From NCBI RefSeq assembly GCF_037042905.1, contig NC_087252.1, forward strand, positions 21,454,001-21,518,000: DNA of 64,000 nt. The letters run 5' to 3'. Both the position numbers and the translations under genes were made by a program. A model generated the notes under the pieces. That model saw nothing but the letters and a program-made list of their open reading frames with translations, made no database searches and was not told the DNA's origin. The stretch comes from Lytechinus pictus. Taxonomy: Eukaryota. Below, piece after piece: positions 1 to 11,907 of this stretch; the stretch's first letter is position 1; each line of letters starts with the position of its first letter.

Positions 1-360
1 CACTGCTAACACACTGTTAATACACTGTGAACACACTGCTAACACTGTTAATACACTGTGAACACACTGCTAACACACTATGAACACACTGCTAACACAC
101 TGAAGACACTACTAACACACTGTGAACACACTGCAAATACACTGAACACACTACTAACACACTGTGAACACACTACTAACACACTGATCACACTGCTAAC
201 ACACTGTGAACACACTGCTAACACACTGTGAACACACTGCTAACGCACTGTGAACACACTGCTAACACACTGTTAATAAACTGTGAACACACTGCTAACA
301 CACTTCAAATTCACTGCAAACGCACTGTGAAAACACTTTGGGACACTGTGTTCATTCCAG
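1..360. repeat. Minisatellite of ~11/22-bp units (aacacactgtg/aacacactgct), ending in the terminus of the MITE family seen at 14290-14581; truncated by the window edge
   Basis: Tandem aacacactg(tg/ct) units over 1-330, ending in ggacactgtgttcattccagc, whose reverse complement resembles gctggaaagaatagtgtccc at 14293. Confidence 0.85.
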
Positions 361-617
361 CCCCATGATAACTTTGTGAATATAATCATAGATATTATAA
401 TCTTATGCATTTGAAAGCTGTGTATCCTATTCATTTATCCATTGGATCATTATAATGCAACCATCATTTTTAATCCATCTGTTGCCTAGTGGAACTTGGA
501 AGTTCCTGTAGAAAGCCTAATAATTTTTGTTTAAAGAATTCAGTTATCAACAGGTTAAAGTCTCGTAATTACAAAGAAATCCCTTGAGAAATACAATCAT
601 GTAGAAGTGTTACTGTG

Positions 618-1073
618 GGTGACACAGCATTTGCTCCTGCGACAGTTGTTCCGGCCTTTATTTCATCTAAGATATAGGGTTAGCATAAGGGTTGCAATAG
701 GGTTTTATGTTGGGTTTAGGATAGGGTTAAAGTTGGTGATTCCGTTAAAGCTTGGTTCCACTGCACTTACGGATGCAGAGAGGATGTAAAACGGAAAAGA
801 ATCTTGCCACCCGTTGGAAAACGGTATCCGCTGTGTACTCTTTGCATACGTGTTTCATACGCTCTATATCCATTGAGCATCTGTCCTTTGTGATTTCATT
901 GTTTGCTTGTTTTGTCCATTGTCTGGAGCGGATGAAAACGGATGGAGCCATCCTGAAATTTTGCTTGTCCGCTGTATCCGTTGTGTTTTGTGTCCGTCGG
1001 CCAGTGGGACCAGGCTTTTAGTGTGTGGAATTGAAAGCGGAGCAATTTCCACCAGAGCCAATGTCCTGGAACC
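618..1073. mobile_element. Degenerate MITE with internal tagggtt-like repeats, interrupted by the 748-1017 element
   Basis: Imperfect TIRs ggtgacacagcatttgctcc...gttccg and cggagcaattt...gccaatgtcctggaacc; gtg on both flanks; tagggtt repeats 675-730. Confidence 0.55.
748..1017. mobile_element. PIF/Harbinger-like MITE, TTA TSD
   Basis: TIRs aagcttggttccactg / cagtgggaccaggctt, flanked by tta (745-747, 1018-1020). Confidence 0.8.
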
Positions 1074-1519
1074 GTGACTGTGATTATGTTTTCCTGACAC
1101 ACACATTGTATTTACACATTTTATGCAACTGTACAGTATGCACAGAACATGCCAATAAAGTACAAAACCACTTTCTACTATCCCATTGAGAAAATTCGAA
1201 GCCCGACAAAAAACAAGTTAGGTGCTGCGGCTTTTTCAGTCAAGACGATGTTATTGAATGGCAAGGGAGATAAACCAGTTTTGGTTGACAACCATTTGTC
1301 TCGAGCAAAACAGCTGTGCAGCATGTTAGGCCTTCAATTGGGTTAGTGTGCAGGAATGGGAGGAAGAAATACACGTAGGGTTGGCTTGGTTTAAAGTTTT
1401 TTTTTCTTAAAGGCTTCTAGAGAAGGTTAAAGGCAAGAATAGCCATTTTGAAACATTTAAATTTGAATGTGATGCAGAATTTTTAAAATCTTCATTTTGA
1501 GGAAATGACTCGCTAAACT

Positions 1520-1683
1520 TACTACTACCACTACTACCACCACCACCACCACTACTACTACTACCACCACTACTACTACAACCACTACGATGACGAGTAG
1601 TAGTACTACTACTGCTACTACTTCTACTACTTTTGTTACCACTGCTGCTGCTACTACTGCTGCTACTACTACTACTACTACTG

Positions 1684-1725
<42 letters not shown>

Positions 1726-1770
1726 GAACTATTACTATTAATACTGCTGCTGTTTCTACTATTGATACTG
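1520..1770. repeat. Compound trinucleotide microsatellite (ACT/ACC/GCT)n
   Basis: Directly visible. Confidence 0.95.
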
Positions 1771-1773
1771 CTG

Positions 1774-1911
1774 GGGCCCGTTGCAATAAAACCTTTGCCT
1801 AAGAAAAAACTCTGGCAAACAAAATTATGCCATTGAAAATTACACCTTACAAAATACTGGCAAAAAAATTTGCCAGAGTTTTTTATGGCAAAAGTTTTAT
1901 GCAACGTGCCC
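1774..1911. mobile_element. Short palindromic Harbinger-like MITE, CTG TSD
   Basis: gggcccgttgcaataaaacctttgcc ... ggcaaaagttttatgcaacgtgccc; ctg at 1771-1773 and 1912-1914. Confidence 0.8.
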
Positions 1912-2856
1912 CTGGTGCTGAACAGGATTTTCACAATTGTTGGCAGCTCTGCATTATACTTGGCCTGTAATCAGTAATTTAATATCTACCTCAGATACCA
2001 AGTCTATGAGCCTATTTCTTTCTTAACACATCAATGGAATGATAAGCGAGATTGAGAAACAAGAGGGGGGAGGAGGGGGGAGGAGGGGAGAGGAGGGGGA
2101 GTGGAGGGTGATGGGAGCAAAAGCATAAAATTTAAGAGATAAAGAAGACAAAACTTATAGTTTTTTAGCAAAAATGAAGAGAGAGAAAGAGAAAGAAAGT
2201 GGAAGAAATAACAAACAGATAAGGGAGTACTACATCCTAGAACAATAACACTCTAAAAGGCATTGACCCCCTTTTTTGCCAATATTGCCGAACTCTCACC
2301 CCAATATTGACCCGACGATAGAACCTGTTAATACAAACCCACTTTGCAAACATTTCCCCATCTGCATGTATCCCCACCTCCCAGTAATAACCAACAAACA
2401 CCTATTTTGCGCCCTGTTGAATAACCGCATTAACATTTTGGTCGCAGCACTCCTCAGCCATGCAGCGCCGGCCAAGGCTTTTCCGTGCATGAAAAACGAG
2501 TAGCGTAATGCAATCTTTGAAATTTAGCTTCCACTACACAACAGCAGTCATTGAACCTCGAGCGGGTAGGCCGTTATCGAACTCAGGGACGGCCCGAAAT
2601 GGAATTGTCTGCATTTAGAGGTCGTAGGTCACGACTATGTGTTGATGAGGTTTAATGCTACGGGATGGATGCATTGCTCTTGCCATGAGAATATTTCGAA
2701 GACCTTTTTAAAGATTTCCAAGAGTTTTAGTCAAAATTACATTTGCAGGAGTTTCTGCATTTATTGTTAATCAAGATACAAATTCATAGAAATAGTAATA
2801 TACATACAATTTCATTTATCATTTTTTTTTCCGGATTCGCTTTGAACAGTAGCCTG

Positions 2857-3124
2857 GGCTCCATCTTACAAAGAGTTGTGACTGATTCAATCAACCACAA
2901 GTATGGAAAGCCAGCAACATCAACATCTAAAATACATGTTTCTTCAAAATATTTTATAGATATGATGTATATTCATACATTCATTTTATTGACAATTCAG
3001 TGTGCTTCTCTTTGTTTTCAAAGGACATTGTGCAAAGTTCTTGTAGAAAAAAATTATGACACTGATGGATTTCCATAGAGTTACGATTGATTGGATCAAT
3101 CGTAACTCTTTGTAAGATGGGGCC
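2857..3124 (+). mobile_element. Harbinger-like MITE family A, copy 1
   Basis: TIRs ggc(t/c)ccatcttacaaagagtt; ctg on both flanks; homologous to 3128-3399, 10038-10304 and 14778-15044. Confidence 0.85.
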
Positions 3125-3127
3125 CTG

Positions 3128-3399
3128 GGCTCCGTCTTACAAAGAGTTGTGACTGATCCGATCAACCACAACTATGGAAAGCAAGCGCTATACAACAATT
3201 AAAATGTATGTTTGTTCAAAATATGTTTTTTAACTATGATGTATGTTCATACATTATTTGTTTTCTTGTAAATTGTGTGCTTCTCTGTGTTTACAGATGA
3301 CATTGTGCACATTTTCTGTATAATTTTTTTTTTAAATCGATGGATTTCCATATAGCTGAGGTTGATTGCATCAGTCGTAACTCTTTGTAAGACAGTGCC
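3128..3399 (+). mobile_element. Harbinger-like MITE family A, copy 2 (tandem with copy 1)
   Basis: Same TIRs and internal sequence; shares the ctg at 3125-3127; cag on the right. Confidence 0.85.
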
Positions 3400-3464
3400 C
3401 AGCTGAACACCGGATTTCGATTAAGTCTGTAGAAAATGATGTAAATTGAAAGCTTTAAGTTATT

Positions 3465-3695
3465 CAAGGTGTTAAATGGGTACTCGCTAGGATACAGGAT
3501 CCTCGGTAGTATGCCTTGTAAGCGCGTCTTGAAACTCTTGTTGGAACGCTCCCCAGGGAGTGGATATGGTATATACATTGTTTGTGGGCATGCCAGGATG
3601 CGATGACTGGAGTAATGATATATCTCTTTAACCGCTATATAAAAGTGGATGATGATGATGATTATTAATATCATCATCATTATTATCATCATTAT
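3465..3695 (+). mobile_element. Probable 3' part of a SINE with (GAT)/(ATC) tail
   Basis: aaggtgttaaatgggtac resembles the central motif of other SINEs in this window; followed by gctccccagggagtgg, cgctatataaa and a trinucleotide tail. Confidence 0.45.
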
Positions 3696-4494
3696 TTTCG
3701 AACAATCTTTCAGTTGATATTCATTGTCTGATTTATTTCAAACTTTCACAATAATGTTTCTCCTTGCTATTACACAAAATTTGATTGGATTACCCTTAAA
3801 AAAACCTCCATAAATACATCTTACAAGTAATGTTCTCAATAGTTTTTAACTTCTTTTACAGCAAGGAGAATGATATTTCCAGTTAATAGGGGCAAGGCCC
3901 AAGGTGGCCCCAATCGGTAATTTTATTCACCCAATCCGACATCAAAGTACATTCATTTCGTGCAAATGAAACCCCCTCAACTGTCAAAAAAACGTCATAG
4001 GAATCGGACCCAACAGGTTTTCTCTTCTTGAACTTAAACAAACAGCCCTTTGACTAATATCATTCATCCAGGCCTCTTCCTCCAGACAATTGTATATCAG
4101 TTAGCGTAAATGCAGTGCCCCTCATCCCTGCTAGCGCTTCCCTAACACAGGTAAATTTCTCCCACGACGACTTGGGAGAATCCTGTTAAGCCCATTTGTG
4201 CGAAAATTGGCAGGAAGCGGGAGAAGGTAATTTGGAGAGATTGGGCCTTTCTAAATTTGTGTGGTTCTTTTGTTTTGTTTTTCGAGTTTATTTGGTTCTT
4301 ACGGCACTTCTACTTCCTGTAAATTGTAGGTCATTGGATTAATGTGGGGTACAGTGGAGCTGCAATAAAAGATACTTGTAATGTTAATCCATATAGGAAA
4401 GGAGCATGGGAGATATTGAAAGATATTTTCTTGTAATTTTTTGTCTAATATTCAAAGAAATAGTAAATAGGATGGAGATTGGTAAATTGTGTGC

Positions 4495-4805
4495 TTGATT
4501 GATTGATTGAGTGTTTCATTTGATTGATTGGTTGATTGATTGATTGATTGGTTGGTTGGTTGATTCATTGCTTTTGATTGCTTGCTTGTTTGCTTGATTG
4601 ATTGATTGGTTTATTGATTGATTGATTGATTGAGTGTTTGTAGGTTGGTTGATCACTTGATTAATGATTGATTGGTTGATTGATTGGTTGATTGATTGAT
4701 TGCTTGCTTACTGCTTGCTTGCTTGATTGCTTGTTTGATTGATTGAATGATTGATTGACTGATTCATTGTTTGCTTGATTGACTGACTGACTGATTGATT
4801 GATTA

Positions 4806-4849
<44 letters not shown>

Positions 4850-5140
4850 CTTGCTTACTGCTTGCTTGATTGCTTGTTTGATTGAATGATTGATTGACTG
4901 ATTGATTTTATTGATTAATTGCTTGCTTGATTGATTGATTGATTGACTGACTGATTGATTGACTGATTGATTTTATTGATTAATTGCTTGCTTGCTTGAT
5001 TGATTGGTTGATTGAATGATTGATTGGTTGGTAGGTTGATCGACTTATTGATTTATTGACTGATTGGTTGGTTGAATGCTTAATTGGTTGGTAGATTGGT
5101 TGGTCGATTGACTGATTGATTGATTGCTTGATTGATTGAG
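4495..5140. repeat. Compound tetranucleotide microsatellite (GATT/GCTT/GGTT)n
   Basis: Directly visible. Confidence 0.95.
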
Positions 5141-6073
5141 ATGTTAAGATGATTTTTTTAATGATGAAAGGCAATGAATGTTGAAATTTGGAAAAGGAAG
5201 TGACAGATTTAAGAGAGAGAAAGAGAGAGGAGAGGAGGGGGGGGGGATAGAGAGAGAAAGAGAGGGAGAGAAAGGTAGAAAGGAAGAGGGGAGGGAAAGA
5301 AGGATGAGTGATATAATCGGTAAAGTAACTAGCATTGCTTATATCAAATGTGGTAGCGTACACCAGTATTAAAATCGTTACTACTGTTATGAATCTCCAT
5401 GACCCGTCTCTCGTCAAATAGAGCAACAGTGATGTCCAATAGAAATATTTTGACACTGCATATTCTAGAATTTCCCGCCTCGTGGGACCCGCCAAATGAA
5501 CCCTTCCTCTCCCATTTTGTGACGTTTCAATTGCGCTCTCGCGGGAGGTGCAAAAATGCCAGCAACCCTTTCTCCCGCCGTTACGGTCACGGAATTGATT
5601 CGCAAATTATTCATAGACTCATCACTAATGCATCGGTAAATCGGCTCAAGCGGCGATGTGGTTATTGTGCCGATAATGCCTGTTAACGCAACGTGACAGA
5701 TATGATGGATCTGCGTTCCCTATATTCGACCTCGTTTTCGATTCTGCTCGTTAGCGTCAAACTATTTTTATTAGTCTAGCGTGATATCCATATCAGTTTC
5801 ATCAAGGTTGTGACTTTCGGGACAATGAAATTCTCATTTGCTGTCTTGGGAATCCTCTGGTCGTTGAGTGTCATTTGAGGATATCCAATGAAATTCATCT
5901 GAAACTGTAGACAACAGTTGGCATGGTAGTATTATTTTCTATTTGTCAATGCCGATGCATGTATCTGTTTTTCCTGAGCAATATGGATAAGCTCTTGGGA
6001 TCTATAGCTTTACATCCTAGCTGAGGGAAGACCTGTATTTCCTTTAGCATTAAAATCTTTCTAAAGTGTTTAA

Positions 6074-6651
6074 AGGGATGGTCCGGGCTGAAAATATATC
6101 TTAATACATAGAGTAGAATTCACTGAGCGAAATTCCGAAAATTTCATCAAAATCGGATAACAAATAATTAAGTTATTGAAGTTTAAACTTTAACAATATT
6201 TTGTGAAAACAGTCATCATGAATACTCATTAGGTGGGCTGATGATGTCACATCCCCACTATCCGTTTTCTTATGTTATTACATAAAATCATATTTTTTTC
6301 ATTTTTTCATACTTGTGTGAGTAATATGTCTCCCTTATAATGAAATAAGTTGCAGCAATAATTATCTAATGCACTAAATCAATTGTCAATCCAATTTTTC
6401 TAGTTCTTGGAAGAAAAAATTTGAATAAACCTAATTTCATATAATAAAATACAAAAGAACAAGTGGGGACGTGACATCATCAGCCCACCTAATGAATATT
6501 CATGACGACTATTTTCACAAGATATTGCTAAACTTTAAAATTCAATAACTTTGTTATTTGTTATCCGATTTTGATGAAATTTTCGGCATTTTCCTCAGTG
6601 AGTTCTACTCTATTTATTAAGCTATAAATACTTTCAGCCCGGACCATCCCT
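6074..6651. mobile_element. Kolobok-like MITE, TTAA TSD, ~185-bp TIRs
   Basis: ttaa|agggatggtccgggctgaaa ... tttcagcccggaccatccct|ttaa; arms about 6074-6259 and 6462-6651 are near reverse complements. Confidence 0.9.
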
Positions 6652-6800
6652 TTAAGGGTTGATGAGATTTGTTGGGGTACAGTTAGGAATTGAATTTAGG
6701 GGGGGGGGGGGTGGAATGGAAGCGTTGGGATTATGGTTACAATATCGGTACAAGTGAGGACATTTGTTATGATAGGATTGTTTTTTGGGGTATGATTATG

Positions 6801-8432
6801 CAGGGACTCGGTTTTATAATTATAAGGGGAGCAATAAAAAGCTCTCCTAGAACTTTTAAGGAGAGCGGTAGAGGAGCACTTCAAAAAGCTCTTCTTCAAC
6901 ATACAAGGGGAGCTTTTTGCCCAATTAACAAACTGGATGGAGGAAATGTATGTACTATAAAATTACAATCAACAACCAAAGTAAGTATTTATAATTGTTT
7001 TACAATGTATTGTAATTAGATTGTGTGTTGTAAAACCTGTTTTAGTTAGGTTTTGACTTTGGCTAAAAGTTAAGTCACTGACAATTTTTTTTTTTTTCGG
7101 GGGCTCCATTTTAATTTTTTGTCAAATTTCGGGGGCTCTTTTTAAATGCTACTTTTTTGTATTTTGAGGAATACCTGTTCACTTATTAAGGAATTATTAC
7201 TTTTTGTTTAATATTGTATAATTTTTAAAGTTATTTATCATGTTTAGAATCTTGGATGTGGGTGTGTGTGGATGAGTGGGTGTGTGCGTGTGTGTGTGAC
7301 TGTGAGTTGGACTTGGATATAAATGAATTCAATATCTAATTTCTACTCCATTTATTCCAGTACAATACCCTAGTCAGCCATGTACATGTAATAAAGGCCC
7401 ACTTACCCTAACTTTTCCTGAAGTTCTTTGAAAACGCAGATCTCCATGAAAATTTAATTTCTCTATGGGGGAGTCTAAATTTGGTGAGAATGTATTCATT
7501 AAGAACTTAAATATACATGACAATGAAGAAATCATCAAACTTTATTGGCAGTTTTGAATAATATTCCTGAAATGTAAACTCTGTCTGAAACAGAAAATCA
7601 CCATCATTGAGGCCTTTACTGAGCGAATTGTCCCCCAGAGCTCTGGCAGAGAGACAGAGCTCCAACTGGCTAGCCAGTAAAAGCGCCAATGCGTGAGCCT
7701 GCCGCCGTCCTTGTAAAAAAGATGGAGCTTTGTTTGATGATTTATTGTCTGATATAATACCTCATCCCCTAGAAAAAGAAAACAAATGATTTTTTAGTTA
7801 TAATTGATAAATTAGATAACTTATTTTGGAAGTTAATAAGCCGTTTTGAAAAGCAAAGCCGAATGACAACTCACCAATGCTAGGTTACTAGACTCTGGGA
7901 TTTATTTCCTGTGTAATTCGAATTATTTTATCACAGAATTGTGATATCTGTAGGGGAAACATGTGCATTCGAAATGGCACACGGTGGTAGTCATAATGGA
8001 CCCTATACATGCAACTCTTTCCCGACCGTTGCGTTGATTTTTTTTTCCATACCTGGTACCATGTGTATGGAAATACGTGGTACAGAAAAAATAACGCAAC
8101 TTCGGAATTTGAAACTGCGCTACTCGCTACTTTTAAGGCTTATTCGTGATTTTGAGTGTGGATTTTTGATGGTTTTTAAATGGTAAGCGGAGCTCGAGCA
8201 TATGGCACTAGTGGGCCGTTGAGTTGTTATCACTCGGCAATAATTTCGGGGGCGACATTCAGATTTTATGTCGCCCCCGAAAGCATGATTTTGGGTGATT
8301 TCGAGGGCGACTTTAGGCATTTTCGCGCAGGTCAGCTATCGCGAGGCGCGCTATTAATCGCGCTACCAAAAATGGATTAAGGCGCGCATGTAGCGCGCGA
8401 TCGCTCTCGCGCGCCTTAAAATCGAGTCCCTG
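6801..8432. mobile_element. 1.63-kb non-autonomous hAT-like DNA transposon with 6-bp TSD
   Basis: TIRs cagggactcggtttta / taaaatcgagtccctg; attatg at 6795-6800 and 8433-8438; CpG-rich gcgcg subterminal repeats 8320-8415. Confidence 0.8.
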
Positions 8433-8490
8433 ATTATGGTTCTAATAGAGGTATATCAGGAGGGGAGGGGGAGGGTGATGTTGTTCTGTA

Positions 8491-8656
8491 TATCTGCTGG
8501 CAAACCCTTCACTCAAGTGAAGGGTCTGAATTGCAGCCTACTCATGCCTTGTGTACTGAAGGCCCTCTTGAAACAGCAAGTTTTGTATGTGCTAGTCTTT
8601 GCGTGGAGACACACTTTTTGATCAAAGTTTCAATCAGGGTCTGTGCCTGCAGACTA
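8491..8656 (-). mobile_element. Academ-like MITE (inverted copy of 26824-27000)
   Basis: Reverse-complement homology along its length; ends gcagacta; 7/9 matching flanks tgttctgta / tgttatgca. Confidence 0.75.
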
Positions 8657-10037
8657 TGTTATGCATGTAATAGGAGTACATCAAAATGATGGTTAGTATA
8701 GTGTGAGGAATGATTATAGTTATAGGGGTTTGGTTACAATAGATTAGGGAAATGTTTTGATTATTATGCTAATAGTAATACGGGAGGGGGGGGGGGGTGG
8801 TCAGTGGTGTTATGGTTTGGTTATAATAGGAGGTACTAGTACATCAGACCCAAGTTTTGATAGGATTGAAAAAGAGTTTTGATTATGGATCTAATAGGGG
8901 TATAGCAGAAAGAGGGGTTGGGCGGGACTTGTCCCCATGTAGCCCCCCCCCATTGCTGCAGATGGTGGCAGCACTGTTAGGATAACAGGTATCAAGAGAA
9001 GTTGTTGAAATGAGAATCCTATACCTAAACGCATGGCTGTGTGCAGATATTTTTTTCGGGGGGGGGGGGGGGCACAAGACGGGTTAAACTTTTTAAAAGG
9101 CACATGAAAGAGAGGGTGCAAAATGCCCAAGCTTATCACGGGGGTGATTTTTAAAAGTAAAATCAAAGGATTTTGTGCATACATTTGGTGAAATTTGTGA
9201 ATTTTTTTAAAGTGGTTTAAAATTTCTGAGTGCAACTGCCCCCTGCTGCATTGAATGTCCTCCTGAAATAATTCATAGTGATAAATTGCCTTTTGGAAAG
9301 ACGATCCAATGCTGATTAATTTAATGGCCTGAAACATTGCTATTATTAAGACATGTATAATTGATTAACCCCCGAGTGATCTGACATTAATTTCAGAACG
9401 TCATTAGTCTCTCTGCATTGATTTTGGATTACATAATCACGTTTTAGTCGCAAATTCCTGTCAAGCTCGTTTACTCATTGCTGGCGTGACATGGAATGTT
9501 TAAATGCGTAATGAGTGCTCTAATTGCACACATTTCCAGTGGCGTCATTAGGCAGTTGTGAGTCGAATTTGAGTTGAACATAATTCAGTCACATGTACCT
9601 TTTCGAAGTTGGGTGCTTACACCCCAGATGCATCTCTGAGTCTTATTCTAAACATGATTTGTATTTAAATTGTAACAAATTTATAATTTTCTTCATTCTT
9701 TTCTCCCCCTTTTTCTATTTCTCTCCCAAAACCTTCTCCACCTTTACCCCCCTCTCTTTTTTCTGCTTGATTTGTCTTCTTCCAACTCTCCCAGTCTGTC
9801 TGTCTGTCTGTCTGACTGACTGACTGTATGTGTGTATGTCTTTCTGTCTGTATGTCTCTCTCTTTCTCTACTTGTATCTCTGGCTTGTTCTGTACCAAAA
9901 TACTTTTTTGTGTTGGTCTGTATGTATCTCTTTGTAAAATGCATTTTTCTTTTCTTGTGTCTTTCTCCTTATCAGTCCTTTTCCTTTTCATCTTTCACTT
10001 TAACCCCCCTCTCTTCCTCACTTACTTCACATCTCAG

Positions 10038-10304
10038 GGCCCCGTCTTACAAAGAGTTGCGATTGATCCGATCAATCGCAACTATGGAAAGCCAGCAAAG
10101 TCAACATATAAAATGCATGTTTGTTCAAAATAATTTCTAGATATGAATGCATATCCATAAATTCATTGATTTCTTGACAATATGATGTGTTCTCCTTTGT
10201 TTTATACAAAGGACATTTTGCAAATTTCCTGTCTAAAAATGATGACACTGATGGATTTCCATAGTTACGACTGATTGGATCGTAAATCTTTGTAAGACGG
10301 GGCC
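10038..10304 (+). mobile_element. Harbinger-like MITE family A, copy 3
   Basis: cag|ggccccgtcttacaaag ... ctttgtaagacggggcc|ctg. Confidence 0.85.
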
Positions 10305-10477
10305 CTGGTGTCATTTTACCCTTATATCCTCCATTCTTTCTTCTCTCCACCTCTTTCTACTACTTTCTGTTTCTATCTCTCTCAGTTTATAATTTTCTCA
10401 CATTTCTACTATTCACTTAACCCGTAAATTCTCCATTCTCCCCCTTTCCTTCCACCCTCTCTGCCTTGATCTCCTTC

Positions 10478-10875
10478 CAGGGCTCCCAGCCCATCAGGGA
10501 AATCAGGCAAAATGATTTTACTTTTTTCCAGTCAGGGAAAAATCAGGGAATTTGATAAAAAATACCTCAAATCAGGGAAAAATGCCTCAAATGAGGGAAA
10601 AATCAGGGAATTTTGATCGGCACCAAAGTCGAAAGCACGGTAGTTAGTCAGACTTTGTTATATTTCGTTGCATATCCAAACAACATCCATTAAATGACTG
10701 GTTATGGTGGCTTTGTTAAGTGTTTTTTTTTTACATGTAATTCACTGCAACAACTTAGAAAACATGTGGAACTGGGAATGGGTTTAAATAATTATCAGGG
10801 AATTTTTAAACTTCATGTGGGAAAAATCAGGGAAATATCAGGGAATTTTGTTTTCTTGAAAAGCTGGGAACCCTG
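10478..10875 (+). mobile_element. hAT5-like MITE (5-bp TSD) with repeated atcagggaa motifs
   Basis: TIRs cagggctcccagc / gctgggaaccctg; flanks ccttc/tcttc; homologue at 61050-61445. Confidence 0.85.
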
Positions 10876-11612
10876 TCTTCTCTCCATCTTGCTGTGTCTC
10901 TCACCCTCACATTTTCTAATCACTCTCTCCATTAATTCACCCTTAAATCCTCCCTTCTTCTCTCCTCTCACCCCTTTCTCCCAAAAAGGAAATTTGCATC
11001 CTGTTCTTCTTCCAAAACACCTTGCTTCCGACTTTTTACCAACGAGGGCGACGTCAAGTCCTATTGATTTTTCGCCCTAGCCCCGCCGCGTTAGTCGGAT
11101 AAGTGTTTTTCGCCAGCTTTGCGCGGATCACAGGCTTTAACCCCCAGACTCTCAGCCTCCACCTCTCCCGATAAGCCGCGGCAGTCATAGTCTTAATCGT
11201 TTTCTCCGTACTTAATGTATGTTGCGAAGCCTTTCAGAGTATTTCATATTGTTATGATTAACGAGGGCTAACTCCTCTGAGATACCAAATGAAAAACACC
11301 CTAAGCTAGCCAATTTTCACAGCTCTCTCCTATGTTTGGACAGAAAGATAAATAAAACGGAGGACGATTTAATGTCCAATGGGTATACAATGCAATGAAT
11401 ACATATATATTGTGACAACAAGAGAAGAGATATATACCACGATGGTTTGAGAAAGCTGTTAATGTTGCTTTGAATGATTTTCAGCACTCGTGCATGTTAA
11501 TTGCAGTACTCCTTTTAGAATGTGTAATGCGAGAATTAAAAAATGAAAATCCATCAGTATTGGCCATAGATGTTTCCTGTTTGAACAGATTATTTTTTAA
11601 CCTATATGTTAA

Positions 11613-11684
11613 CCCTTTATCTACTGTAACTGAATGACCCCGGTACAAAGTCTATGGGATTTACAGAGTTCAGTAGTCAATGGC
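11613..11684. mobile_element. 72-bp piggyBac-like mini-MITE, TTAA TSD
   Basis: ttaa|ccctttatctactg ... cagtagtcaatggc|ttaa; same length and internal ctatgggat motif (inverted) as 23263-23334. Confidence 0.6.
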
Positions 11685-11746
11685 TTAAACCTATGTTTAG
11701 AAAACAAAAAACAGCAATTTCTATTTTCATCTCTCTCCCTTTGCAG

Positions 11747-11907
11747 ATCTTGTGATGCTGTTCATGTTTAGTAGCATGTGGAGAATTTCTGCATAGTGCT
11801 TGCTCTACTGAGAGAAGGAACTTGTAAAATACTGAATCTGGTTCCAAGTGCAAAGCTGAAGGAAATTCTGTATTTCAGTTGTCAATGGATCAAGATCATT
11901 CAATGAG
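11747..11907 (+). other. Candidate spliced exon (non-coding or 5' UTR-containing)
   Basis: Acceptor tttcatctctctccctttgcag and donor gag|gtaaga; stops in all three frames from the acceptor. Confidence 0.4.

Noticed and set aside
1407..1934. Ser-, Thr- or Val-rich ORFs
   Set aside because: Trinucleotide repeat plus MITE sequence
7560..7680. KCKLC motif as a BED zinc-finger relic of a hAT transposase
   Set aside because: Short frame bounded by stops, with no downstream His pair; compatible with chance
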